Shown here: piece after piece, positions 25,871-33,546 of the stretch | How positions within the stretch are numbered: the first letter of the stretch is position 1 | Layout: each line of letters begins with the position of its first letter | Assembly: GCA_024636075.1 (NCBI GenBank) | Contig: JAGXHS010000173.1 | Span: 1-45,966, forward strand | DNA: 45,966 nt | Direction of reading: 5' to 3' | DNA from: Propionibacteriaceae bacterium | Lineage (GTDB): Bacteria > Actinomycetota > Actinomycetes > Propionibacteriales > Propionibacteriaceae | Made by a program: the position numbers and the translations under genes | Notes under the pieces: model-generated | Seen by the model: only the letters and a program-made list of their open reading frames with translations | Databases searched by the model: none | What the model was told of the DNA's origin: nothing

Positions 25871-26148
25871 GATCCTCGTGAGACCGCGTGCGGCTTCTGA
25901 ATGTTCCCTGATCTGATGGTCGGCTGGGCTGGTGGCCCGGAGTTGGTGCGCGGCGTCGACGGGATGGTCGACGGGATGGTCGACGGGATGGTCGACGGGA
26001 TCGTCGACGGCGCGACCGGGGTCTTGGATGCGACGCTCGCAGTGGAGATTGCCGCGATGCCTACAGAGGCGCCCGCGGCGGTGACCGCAATCGCGACGGC
26101 CGTGCTCACGTACCGTGCACGCCGTGTGCCAAGATGTCTCTGGTTCAT
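25867..26148 (-). CDS. Hypothetical 93-aa membrane-anchored protein with Pro/Ser/Thr repeat tail
   Basis: Basic N-terminus (RHLGTRRAR), one TM helix (VSTAVAIAVTAAGASVGIAAI), then (PSTI)x4 and a Pro-rich tail. Third-codon positions are mostly G/C. ATGA overlap with the apbE start. I recognise no family. Confidence 0.45.
   Translation of the reverse strand: MNQRHLGTRRARYVSTAVAIAVTAAGASVGIAAISTASVASKTPVAPSTIPSTIPSTIPSTIPSTPRTNSGPPAQPTIRSGNIQKPHAVSRGS
25955..26010. repeat. 12-bp tandem repeat GTCGACGGGATG, about 4.7 copies, in frame within the 93-aa ORF
   Basis: Units at 25955-25966, 25967-25978 and 25979-25990 are identical. Unit 25991-26002 has one mismatch. A partial unit spans 26003-26010. 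On the minus strand the repeat encodes PSTI repeats. Confidence 0.95.
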
Positions 26149-26155
26149 GTCCGTG

Positions 26156-26161
26156 AACCTA
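26156..26161 (-). promoter_or_regulatory. Candidate -10 hexamer TAGGTT (minus strand), 7 nt upstream of ATG 26148; suggests a leaderless operon
   Basis: The plus strand reads AACCTA at 26156-26161. No Shine-Dalgarno sequence lies between it and the start codon. Confidence 0.3.
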
Positions 26162-26218
26162 GGTAGGCCAGCTGTGTGTCAGCTGTGCTTCTGCTGAGCT
26201 GCCGATGTGAATGGGATG

Positions 26219-26240
26219 TGTCGGTCGGCGCAGGTAGCCT
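26219..26240 (+). promoter_or_regulatory. RecA-independent DNA-damage promoter motif (RecA-NDp/PafBC type) for uvrB
   Basis: TGTCGGTC (26219-26226), 8 nt spacer, TAGCCT (26235-26240). The remembered consensus is tTGTCRgtg-N8-TAnnnT. The -10 ends 7 nt before ATG 26248. Confidence 0.5.
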
Positions 26241-26247
26241 TCGAGCC

Positions 26248-28338
26248 ATGCGTCCAGTGACCGAGCTGAAGCGGCGAGTTGCGCCGTTCATCATGCAGGC
26301 CGGCTTCTCCCCGTCGGGTGACCAGCCGACCGCCATCGCCGAACTGGAAGGCCGGATCAATTCCGGCGAGCGGAACGTCGTGCTCCTCGGAGCAACGGGT
26401 ACCGGCAAGACAGCCACCGTAGGTTGGTTGACGGAGCGCATCCAGCGCCCGGTGCTGGTGATGCAACCGAACAAGACGTTGGCGGCGCAGTTCGCCAACG
26501 AGCTACGCCAGTTCTTCCCCGACAATGCGGTGGAGTACTTCGTCTCGTACTACGACTACTACCAACCCGAGGCGTACGTTCCGCAAACGGACACCTACAT
26601 CGAGAAGGACTCCTCGCTGAACGAAGAGGTGGAGCGGCTGCGGCACTCCGCAACCGAAGCACTTCTCACCCGTCGCGACGTGATCGTGGTGGCCACCGTT
26701 TCGGCAATCTACGGTCTCGGCACCCCGCAGGAGTACGTGGATCGAATGATCACCCTGCGGATCGGCGAGGAGATGGATCGGGACTCGCTGCTGCGGGCCC
26801 TGGTCAACATCCAATACGCCCGCAATGACCTGGCGGGCACCCGCGGCACCTTCAGAGTTCGTGGCGACACCCTGGAAGTGTTCCCGATGTACGAGGAGCA
26901 CGCGGTGCGGGTGGAGTTCTTCGGCGATGAGATCGAGCGGTTGACGACGATGCACCCGTTCACCGGTGAGGTGCTGAGTGATGACGACGAGTTGTACATC
27001 TTCCCGGCCAGCCACTACGTCGCCGGCCCGGAGCGGATGGAACGAGCCATCTCCCAGATCGAGGTGGAGCTTGCCGAACGCCTGGCCGAGCTGGAGCAGC
27101 AGAACAAGCTGCTTGAGGCCCAGCGCCTCAGGATGCGTACCTCCTACGATCTGGAGATGATGCGTCAGATCGGCGCCTGCTCCGGCATCGAGAACTATTC
27201 GATGCACATGGACGGCCGCGAGCGCGGCTCGGCGCCGAACTGCCTGCTGGACTACTTTCCCGAAGACTTTCTGCTGGTTGTCGACGAGTCGCACGTCACC
27301 GTGCCGCAGATCGGCGGCATGTACGAAGGTGACATGTCGCGGAAGCGCACACTGGTGGAGCACGGCTTCCGGCTTCCGAGCGCGATGGACAACCGGCCCC
27401 TGCGGTTCGAAGAGTTCGTCGAACGGATCGGCCAGACCGTCTACCTCTCGGCAACCCCGGGCAATTACGAGATGGCTCGCGCGGACGGGGTGGTGGAGCA
27501 ATTGATCCGCCCGACGGGGCTGGTGGATCCGGAGGTCATCGTCAAGTCGACGAAGGGCCAGATCGACGACCTGCTCGGTGAGATCGGCAAGCGCACCCAG
27601 CGCAACGAGCGGGTCCTTGTGACCACGTTGACCAAGAAGATGTCTGAGGACCTGACCGACTACCTGATGGAGAATGGCGTCCGCACTCGATACCTGCACT
27701 CTGAGGTGGACACTTTGCGGCGAATCGAGCTGCTCCGCGAACTTCGGATGGGGGAGTACGACGTGCTGGTCGGCATCAACCTGCTCCGGGAAGGTTTGGA
27801 CCTGCCCGAGGTGTCACTGGTTGCCATCCTCGACGCGGACAAGGAAGGCTTCCTGCGCTCGGACAAGTCACTGATCCAGACGATCGGCCGAGCAGCGCGC
27901 AATGTCGCGGGTCAGGTGATCATGTACGCGGACCGGATCACAGCGTCGATGGCGCACGCCATCGACGAAACGAATCGCCGTCGAGAACTGCAGCAGGCCT
28001 ACAACGCGGAGCACGGCATCGACCCACAGCCGTTGCGCAAGCGGATCGCAGACATCACCGACATGCTTGCCCGTGAGGAGGCCGACACCGATGCGCTCGT
28101 CGCGCAGGCCAATCCGCGTGGGCGGCGAGGCGCCTCGCCGGTGCCGATCGCAACCCAGCCGCGCAACCTCGACACGGCAGCCCTGTCGGCGGCTGAACTG
28201 GCGGATCTGGTGACGGAGCTGACCGACCAGATGCACGCCGCGGCAGCGGATCTGCAATTCGAGTTGGCAGCCCGGCTGCGTGACGAATTGACAGATCTGA
28301 AGAAGGAACTGCGCGCGATGATCGAGGCCAACAAGTAG
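26248..28338 (+). CDS. uvrB: Excinuclease ABC subunit B
   Basis: Track ORF trimmed to ATG 26248, giving 696 aa. Motifs: [11 protein letters not shown], Walker [21 protein letters not shown], helicase C motifs, and a C-terminal UVR coiled coil. Confidence 0.97.
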   Translation: MRPVTELKRRVAPFIMQAGFSPSGDQPTAIAELEGRINSGERNVVLLGATGTGKTATVGWLTERIQRPVLVMQPNKTLAAQFANELRQFFPDNAVEYFVSYYDYYQPEAYVPQTDTYIEKDSSLNEEVERLRHSATEALLTRRDVIVVATVSAIYGLGTPQEYVDRMITLRIGEEMDRDSLLRALVNIQYARNDLAGTRGTFRVRGDTLEVFPMYEEHAVRVEFFGDEIERLTTMHPFTGEVLSDDDELYIFPASHYVAGPERMERAISQIEVELAERLAELEQQNKLLEAQRLRMRTSYDLEMMRQIGACSGIENYSMHMDGRERGSAPNCLLDYFPEDFLLVVDESHVTVPQIGGMYEGDMSRKRTLVEHGFRLPSAMDNRPLRFEEFVERIGQTVYLSATPGNYEMARADGVVEQLIRPTGLVDPEVIVKSTKGQIDDLLGEIGKRTQRNERVLVTTLTKKMSEDLTDYLMENGVRTRYLHSEVDTLRRIELLRELRMGEYDVLVGINLLREGLDLPEVSLVAILDADKEGFLRSDKSLIQTIGRAARNVAGQVIMYADRITASMAHAIDETNRRRELQQAYNAEHGIDPQPLRKRIADITDMLAREEADTDALVAQANPRGRRGASPVPIATQPRNLDTAALSAAELADLVTELTDQMHAAAADLQFELAARLRDELTDLKKELRAMIEANK

Positions 28339-28363
28339 CCGGCTGCTCACCAGATCACACGTG

Positions 28364-28385
28364 GGTGCCGTGTTGGTGCCGTGTT
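28364..28385. repeat. Perfect 11-bp tandem duplication GGTGCCGTGTT x2 (plus partial GGTG) upstream of the TerC gene
   Basis: Copies at 28364-28374 and 28375-28385, inside the 70-nt uvrB-TerC spacer. Preceded by the palindrome CACGTG (28358-28363). Confidence 0.95.
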
Positions 28386-28408
28386 GGTGACGTGGAACAC
28401 TGGTCCGA

Positions 28409-29398
28409 GTGAACGTACAGCTGTACACATGGATCATCACTGGTGTGGTGTTGATCGGCGTGCTGGCCGTCGACATCGCCATCATCGGGCGTCGTCCGCA
28501 CCTTCCGTCGATGAAGGAATGCGTCACCTTCGTCATTGGCTACGTGCTGGCCGCGATCCTCTTCGGCATCGGGTTGTGGACGTTCAGCGGTCCGCAGTAT
28601 GGCAAGGAGTTCTTCGCCGGCTGGTTGACCGAATACAGCCTCAGCTTGGACAACCTGTTCATCTTCCTCATCATCATGGAACGGCTGCGGGTGCCACAGC
28701 ATCTGCAGCAGTTCGCACTGATGGTTGGCATCGTGTTGGCGTTGGTCTTCCGAGGCATCTTCATCGCCGCCGGTGCTGCAGTCATCGAGCGAGCCGCCTG
28801 GGTGTTCTTCATCTTCGGAGCTTTCCTCTTCTACACCGCCTTCGATCTGGTCAGGGACTACTTCTCCACCGATGTCGAGCAAGAAACCACCGAGAACGTG
28901 CTGATGCGCTGGGTGAAACGCAGGTTCGGTTCCACCGAGGATTGGCACGGAACCCGACTGACTGTCCTGCAGGCGGGCAAGCGCGTGATGACCCCGATGC
29001 TGATCGTGATCGTTGCGCTGGGCTCAACCGATGTGCTCTTCGCACTTGATTCCATCCCGGCGATCTATGGTCTCACCAAGGAACCATTCCTGGTGTTCAC
29101 CGCCAACATCTTCGCCTTGATGGGTCTTCGACAGCTGTACTTCCTGCTGGGTGGTGCGTTGAAGAAGCTGGTCTACCTCTCGATCGGTCTCGCGGCCATC
29201 CTGGGATTCATCGGCGTGAAGCTGGTGCTGCAGGCCATGCACCACTACCACCTGGACCAGAAGTGGCTCGGCATCAATGGCGAAGTCAGTATCGAGTTGT
29301 CGTTGATGGTGATCATCGGCACGCTGGCCATCACCACGGTGGTCAGCCTGCTGAAGTCCCGTCAGGACGCCGCCAAGACGATGTCAGCGCAGCGGTAG
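28409..29398 (+). CDS. TerC-family integral membrane protein
   Basis: 329 aa, multi-TM, with EYSLSLDNLFIFLII and ALGSTDVLFALDSIPAI motifs typical of the TerC/Alx family. GTG start. Confidence 0.85.
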   Translation: MNVQLYTWIITGVVLIGVLAVDIAIIGRRPHLPSMKECVTFVIGYVLAAILFGIGLWTFSGPQYGKEFFAGWLTEYSLSLDNLFIFLIIMERLRVPQHLQQFALMVGIVLALVFRGIFIAAGAAVIERAAWVFFIFGAFLFYTAFDLVRDYFSTDVEQETTENVLMRWVKRRFGSTEDWHGTRLTVLQAGKRVMTPMLIVIVALGSTDVLFALDSIPAIYGLTKEPFLVFTANIFALMGLRQLYFLLGGALKKLVYLSIGLAAILGFIGVKLVLQAMHHYHLDQKWLGINGEVSIELSLMVIIGTLAITTVVSLLKSRQDAAKTMSAQR

Positions 29399-30124
29399 TT
29401 CGAGGCCTTGGGCGCCGATCACCGTGTCGGCGGGAAGCCGACCGATCAACCAGCCGAGCAGCGCCTGATCCAGACCCGTGACCTGGATCGGTTCGCCCTC
29501 CCCCAAAGTGCCGGTGAACCCCGAACTGGCGGTCACCGACACCGCCTGATGCGGCCACGAGGCGGCACCTGCCAGCACCGTCCACTGCAACAACAGGGTC
29601 GCGATGTCAAAGTCGATGTCGTACATCTCGTAGCCACAGTCGAGGTCGACGTGATGGACCACCACCTCCACCAATCTGGCCAGCGGAAGCAACTGGGCCC
29701 CGATCTCGACGGTGTCCGACAATCGCAATGGCCGGTCGTCGCCGGATTCTTCGAGCTGGTCGAACGATTCGTGCAGCAATTCGGCCGAGGTGTCCAGATC
29801 GATCTGCAATTCCAGTGCCGATCGGTGCGACCCTTCCTCGATCTGCTCCATCCGGTCCAGCTCTGGCGGATACAGCCGCCCACGACCGTGCAGCAGCAGG
29901 CTGCGCACGAGGCGGTGCATCGCCTCGGCGTTGCGGGCGAGGTGGCTGGCTACGTGTGCCCGGGTCCACCCGGGAAGTCTGCTCGGCTGCTGCCACTGGT
30001 CTTCGGTGATGGCGATCGTGTGTCCGAGCAAGAGCTGGGTGGCGGTCAACTTGTGTTGGCGCAGTTCGGCGAACGACGGGGCGACCTGCCGACCATCAAG
30101 GGGAAGGAACGCAGAACTCACCAC
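29384..30124 (-). CDS. Mycothiol-dependent maleylpyruvate-isomerase-family (DinB-fold) protein
   Basis: 246 aa. N-terminal DinB-type segment ITEDQWQQPSRLPGWTRAHVASHLARNAEAM, typical of the actinobacterial MDMPI family. GTG start. Confidence 0.75.
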   Translation of the reverse strand: MVSSAFLPLDGRQVAPSFAELRQHKLTATQLLLGHTIAITEDQWQQPSRLPGWTRAHVASHLARNAEAMHRLVRSLLLHGRGRLYPPELDRMEQIEEGSHRSALELQIDLDTSAELLHESFDQLEESGDDRPLRLSDTVEIGAQLLPLARLVEVVVHHVDLDCGYEMYDIDFDIATLLLQWTVLAGAASWPHQAVSVTASSGFTGTLGEGEPIQVTGLDQALLGWLIGRLPADTVIGAQGLELPLR

Positions 30125-30148
30125 CCCAACCTATCGAGGAATCGGAAG

Positions 30149-30170
30149 TGTCACAGAAACCATCTAGCAT
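30149..30170 (+). promoter_or_regulatory. RecA-NDp-like promoter motif for uvrA (core match only)
   Basis: TGTCACAG (30149-30156), 8 nt spacer, TAGCAT (30165-30170). The -10 ends 6 nt before GTG 30177. Only the TGTCR core and the spacing match the consensus. Confidence 0.4.
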
Positions 30171-30176
30171 GACCAC

Positions 30177-33050
30177 GTGAATGACCAGCTGATCGTCCGC
30201 GGCGCACGCGAGCACAACCTTCGCGATGTCAGTCTCGAACTTCCGCGCGATGCCCTGATCGTGTTCACCGGGCTCTCGGGTTCCGGCAAGTCGTCGCTCG
30301 CCTTCGACACCATCTTCGCTGAAGGTCAGCGCCGCTACGTCGAGTCGCTGTCGGCCTACGCGCGTCAGTTCCTCGGCCAGTTGGACAAGCCCGACGTCGA
30401 TTTCATCGAAGGCCTGTCGCCGGCGGTCTCGATCGACCAGAAATCCACCAGCCGCAACCCCCGGTCCACGGTGGGCACGACGACCGAGGTGTACGACTAC
30501 CTGCGCCTGCTCTTCGCGCGGATCGGGAAACCGCACTGTTCCGAGTGTGGCGAGCAGATCACGAAGCAGACACCGCAGCAGATCGTCGATCGGTTGATGA
30601 CCGAACTCGGGGTCCGCTTCCAGGTGTTGGCTCCGGTGGTGCGCGGCCGCAAGGGAGAACACGTCGAGCTCTTCCGGCAGTTCGCCACCCAGGGATTCAG
30701 CAGGGTCCGGGTCGATGGCGAGGTGCACTCGCTGACCGACCCGCCCACCCTCGACAAGCAGAAGAAGCATGACATCGATGTGGTCGTGGACCGGATCGCG
30801 GTGAAGGAGTCAGCGAAGCAACGCCTGACGGACTCGGTGGAGACCGCGCTCGGTCTGACCGACGGCATCGTCACCATCGATTTCGTTGACAAGGACGTCG
30901 ACGCGGTGGACCGCGAGCGGAGCTTTTCGGAGAAGTTGGCCTGTCCCAACGGCCACGACGTGCGGATCGACGAGCTCGAACCACGGCAGTTCTCCTTCAA
31001 CGGTCCGTGGGGAGCCTGCCCCAGCTGCGCTGGTCTGGGTACCACGATGGAGGTTGATCCGGAACTCGTCGTGCCGGACCAGTCCATCAGCCTGCGCGGT
31101 GGTGCGATCGCGCCGTGGTCGAACGCACATGTCGCCGCGCACTTCGAGCACGTCTTCGAATCGCTGGCCGAGCAGAAGTCCTTCTCGGTTGACACTCCGT
31201 GGCAGCACCTGACGCCCGAAGTGCAGAGCTTCCTGCTGATCGGGGTCAACGATCCTGTGGTCGTCGAGTACCGCAACCGGTACGGTCGCACCCGGCGCTT
31301 CACCCAGAAGTACGAAGGCATCGTGCCCTACGTCCGCCGCCGCCACGCCGAGGCGGAGACCGATTCAGCGCGGGACAGGTGGGGCGGGTACATGCGGGAG
31401 ATTCCCTGTGCCGCGTGCCACGGCGCCCGGCTGAAACCGAGTTCGCTCGCCGTCACCGTCGCGGGCCGCAACATCGCGGAGATCTCCGAACTGTCGATCG
31501 CCCAGGCAGCGGAGTTCCTCCGCGGGCTGGAGCTGAGCCACCGGGATCGGATCATCGCCGAGAGACTGATCAACGAGATCAACGAGCGGCTGCGGTTCCT
31601 GCTCGATGTCGGGCTGGACTACCTGACGTTGTCGCGTACCGCTGGCACCCTTGCGGGCGGGGAGGCGCAACGCATCCGGTTGGCAACCCAGATCGGCTCC
31701 GGGCTGGTGGGCGTGCTGTACGTGCTGGACGAGCCCAGCATCGGTCTGCATCAGCGGGACAACCGGCGGTTGATCAACACGTTGATCCGGCTTCGGGACC
31801 TGGGCAACACCTTGATCGTTGTGGAACACGACGAGGAAACCATCCGGGTCGCCGACTGGGCCGTCGACATCGGCCCAGGGGCCGGCGAACACGGCGGCAA
31901 TGTGGTCTACAGCGGTCCGGTGAAGGGTTTGCTGAAGAGCAAGGACTCGTTGACCGGCGCCTATCTGTCCGCCCGGAAATCGATTCCGTTGCCCGACGTG
32001 CGTCGCGGCCGGAGCGATCGGGAGATCGTGGTGCGCGGGGCCCGGGAGAACAATCTCGCCAACATCGACGTCAGCTTCCCGTTGGGGCAACTGGTCGCGG
32101 TGACCGGGGTGTCAGGTTCGGGCAAGTCGAGCTTGGTGAACGGCATCCTGTACACCGCTCTGGCGAAGAGGATCTACCATGCGAAAGCTGTGCCGGGACG
32201 GCACAGCGGCATCACCGGTGCAGAGCACATCGACAAGATCATCCACGTCGACCAGTCACCGATCGGCCGCACCCCACGCTCCAACCCGGCCACCTACACC
32301 GGTGTCTTCGACAAGATCCGGGCCCTGTTCGCGAAGACCACTGAAGCCAAGATCCGCGGATACCAGCAGGGCAGGTTCTCGTTCAACGTGAAGGGTGGCC
32401 GGTGTGAGCACTGCTCCGGCGACGGCACCATCAAGATCGAGATGAACTTCCTCCCCGACGTCTACGTGCCCTGCGAGGTGTGCCACGGGGCCCGGTACAA
32501 CCGCGAAACTCTGGAAGTGCACTACAAGTCCAAGACGATTGCCGACGTGCTGGGCATGTCGATCGAGGAGGCGGCCGACTTCTTCGAACCGATCCAGTCG
32601 ATCGCCCGGCACCTGGTCACCCTGCGCGAGGTCGGCCTGGGCTACGTGCGGTTGGGGCAACCCGCCACCACCCTCTCCGGTGGTGAGGCGCAACGAGTGA
32701 AACTTGCTGCGGAGCTGCAGAAGCGATCCACCGGGCGCACCCTCTACATCCTTGACGAGCCCACCACTGGTCTGCACTTCGAGGACATCAAGAAGCTCTT
32801 GATGGTATTGAATCGTCTGGTCGAGACCGGCAACACGGTGGTGGTGATCGAACACAACCTCGACGTGATCAAGACCGCTGACTGGGTGATCGACATGGGA
32901 CCGGAGGGTGGAGCCGGCGGCGGCACCCTGATCGCGGAGGGCACCCCGGAACGGGTGGCGGCCAGCCCGGATTCCTACACGGGTGCCTTCCTGGCGCCGT
33001 TGTTGCAGGACAACCCGGTGCCGGTCAGCTCAGCCTCCGACGACGACTGA
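30177..33050 (+). CDS. uvrA: Excinuclease ABC subunit A
   Basis: 957 aa with two ABC ATPase modules ([14 protein letters not shown] and [11 protein letters not shown] Walker A; LSGGEAQR signatures) and zinc-finger Cys clusters (CPSCAG; CEHCSGDG...CEVCHG). Confidence 0.97.
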   Translation: MNDQLIVRGAREHNLRDVSLELPRDALIVFTGLSGSGKSSLAFDTIFAEGQRRYVESLSAYARQFLGQLDKPDVDFIEGLSPAVSIDQKSTSRNPRSTVGTTTEVYDYLRLLFARIGKPHCSECGEQITKQTPQQIVDRLMTELGVRFQVLAPVVRGRKGEHVELFRQFATQGFSRVRVDGEVHSLTDPPTLDKQKKHDIDVVVDRIAVKESAKQRLTDSVETALGLTDGIVTIDFVDKDVDAVDRERSFSEKLACPNGHDVRIDELEPRQFSFNGPWGACPSCAGLGTTMEVDPELVVPDQSISLRGGAIAPWSNAHVAAHFEHVFESLAEQKSFSVDTPWQHLTPEVQSFLLIGVNDPVVVEYRNRYGRTRRFTQKYEGIVPYVRRRHAEAETDSARDRWGGYMREIPCAACHGARLKPSSLAVTVAGRNIAEISELSIAQAAEFLRGLELSHRDRIIAERLINEINERLRFLLDVGLDYLTLSRTAGTLAGGEAQRIRLATQIGSGLVGVLYVLDEPSIGLHQRDNRRLINTLIRLRDLGNTLIVVEHDEETIRVADWAVDIGPGAGEHGGNVVYSGPVKGLLKSKDSLTGAYLSARKSIPLPDVRRGRSDREIVVRGARENNLANIDVSFPLGQLVAVTGVSGSGKSSLVNGILYTALAKRIYHAKAVPGRHSGITGAEHIDKIIHVDQSPIGRTPRSNPATYTGVFDKIRALFAKTTEAKIRGYQQGRFSFNVKGGRCEHCSGDGTIKIEMNFLPDVYVPCEVCHGARYNRETLEVHYKSKTIADVLGMSIEEAADFFEPIQSIARHLVTLREVGLGYVRLGQPATTLSGGEAQRVKLAAELQKRSTGRTLYILDEPTTGLHFEDIKKLLMVLNRLVETGNTVVVIEHNLDVIKTADWVIDMGPEGGAGGGTLIAEGTPERVAASPDSYTGAFLAPLLQDNPVPVSSASDDD

Positions 33051-33464
33051 GTCACCATCCTGGGTGAGGGGTGCCTCTGCCAAGCCGCTGGCCGCGGGTC
33101 CGCGCAGCACGGACCCGTCCTCGACAGAGAAGTGGGAGCCGTGGCAGGCGCACACGATTTCGCGGTCGCGCACATCGGACACCAGACAGCCGGCGTGTGG
33201 GCAGTGTCGGTCGAACGCGCGGTACTGGTTGGCGGCAGGATTGGTGACGACGTAGTTGGAGTCCTGGATGATGGTGCCGCCCCCGGCCGGGATGTCGGCG
33301 ATCGGCAGCCGGACCGATCCCGGTCGGACGTTCTCCGGTGTGGAACATCCGGTGCTGACCAGCGCCCCGCCGGAGACGGCGGTCAGCCCAGCGGCTCGAA
33401 GCAGCGACCGGCGGCTGATCGCAGGTCGTGAGGCAGGTGCGGATCGGGGGGTGGGGCGCGGCAT
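33030..33464 (-). CDS. Exported Rieske [2Fe-2S] protein with twin-arginine signal, possible lipoprotein
   Basis: 144 aa with the TAT motif [10 protein letters not shown] and a hydrophobic region ending STGC. Rieske ligand boxes CPHAGC and CACHGSHF are present. Confidence 0.8.
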   Translation of the reverse strand: MPRPTPRSAPASRPAISRRSLLRAAGLTAVSGGALVSTGCSTPENVRPGSVRLPIADIPAGGGTIIQDSNYVVTNPAANQYRAFDRHCPHAGCLVSDVRDREIVCACHGSHFSVEDGSVLRGPAASGLAEAPLTQDGDSVVVGG

Positions 33465-33546
33465 GGTGTCTCCTGGTCCGAAACTGGTGCGGCAAGCTTA
33501 TCTAGACTGGGTCGGACACCCAATGGCGATCCCCGGAAGGACAGTG

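Noticed and set aside
25955-26010. CRISPR-like or other array interpretation of the short tandem repeats (also 28364-28385 and 45163-45196).
   Set aside because: The units are 11-17 bp and directly adjacent with no spacers. There are at most about 5 copies, and no cas genes are present. These are simple tandem duplications.
25871-26180. Possibility that ApbE has a longer N-terminus or is fused by frameshift to the upstream TM-anchored ORF, since the ApbE frame stays open for about 100 codons upstream.
   Set aside because: I found no ATG or GTG in that upstream frame, and its translation is Arg/His/Cys-rich nonsense. The hydrophobic, G/C-third-position frame is the separate 93-aa ORF, and the ATGA junction is a normal coupling signal. 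A sequencing frameshift cannot be excluded from one sequence alone.
28339-28408. yybP-ykoY manganese riboswitch upstream of the TerC-family gene.
   Set aside because: The spacer is only 70 nt, and I could not find the conserved four-helix junction sequences. This still needs an Infernal scan for certainty.
33467-33508. RecA-NDp-type promoter upstream of uvrC.
   Set aside because: TGTCTCCT at 33467-33474 is followed after 8 nt by ACTGGT, which is not TAnnnT. The TAGACT hexamer at 33503-33508 has no TGTCR box at the required distance.
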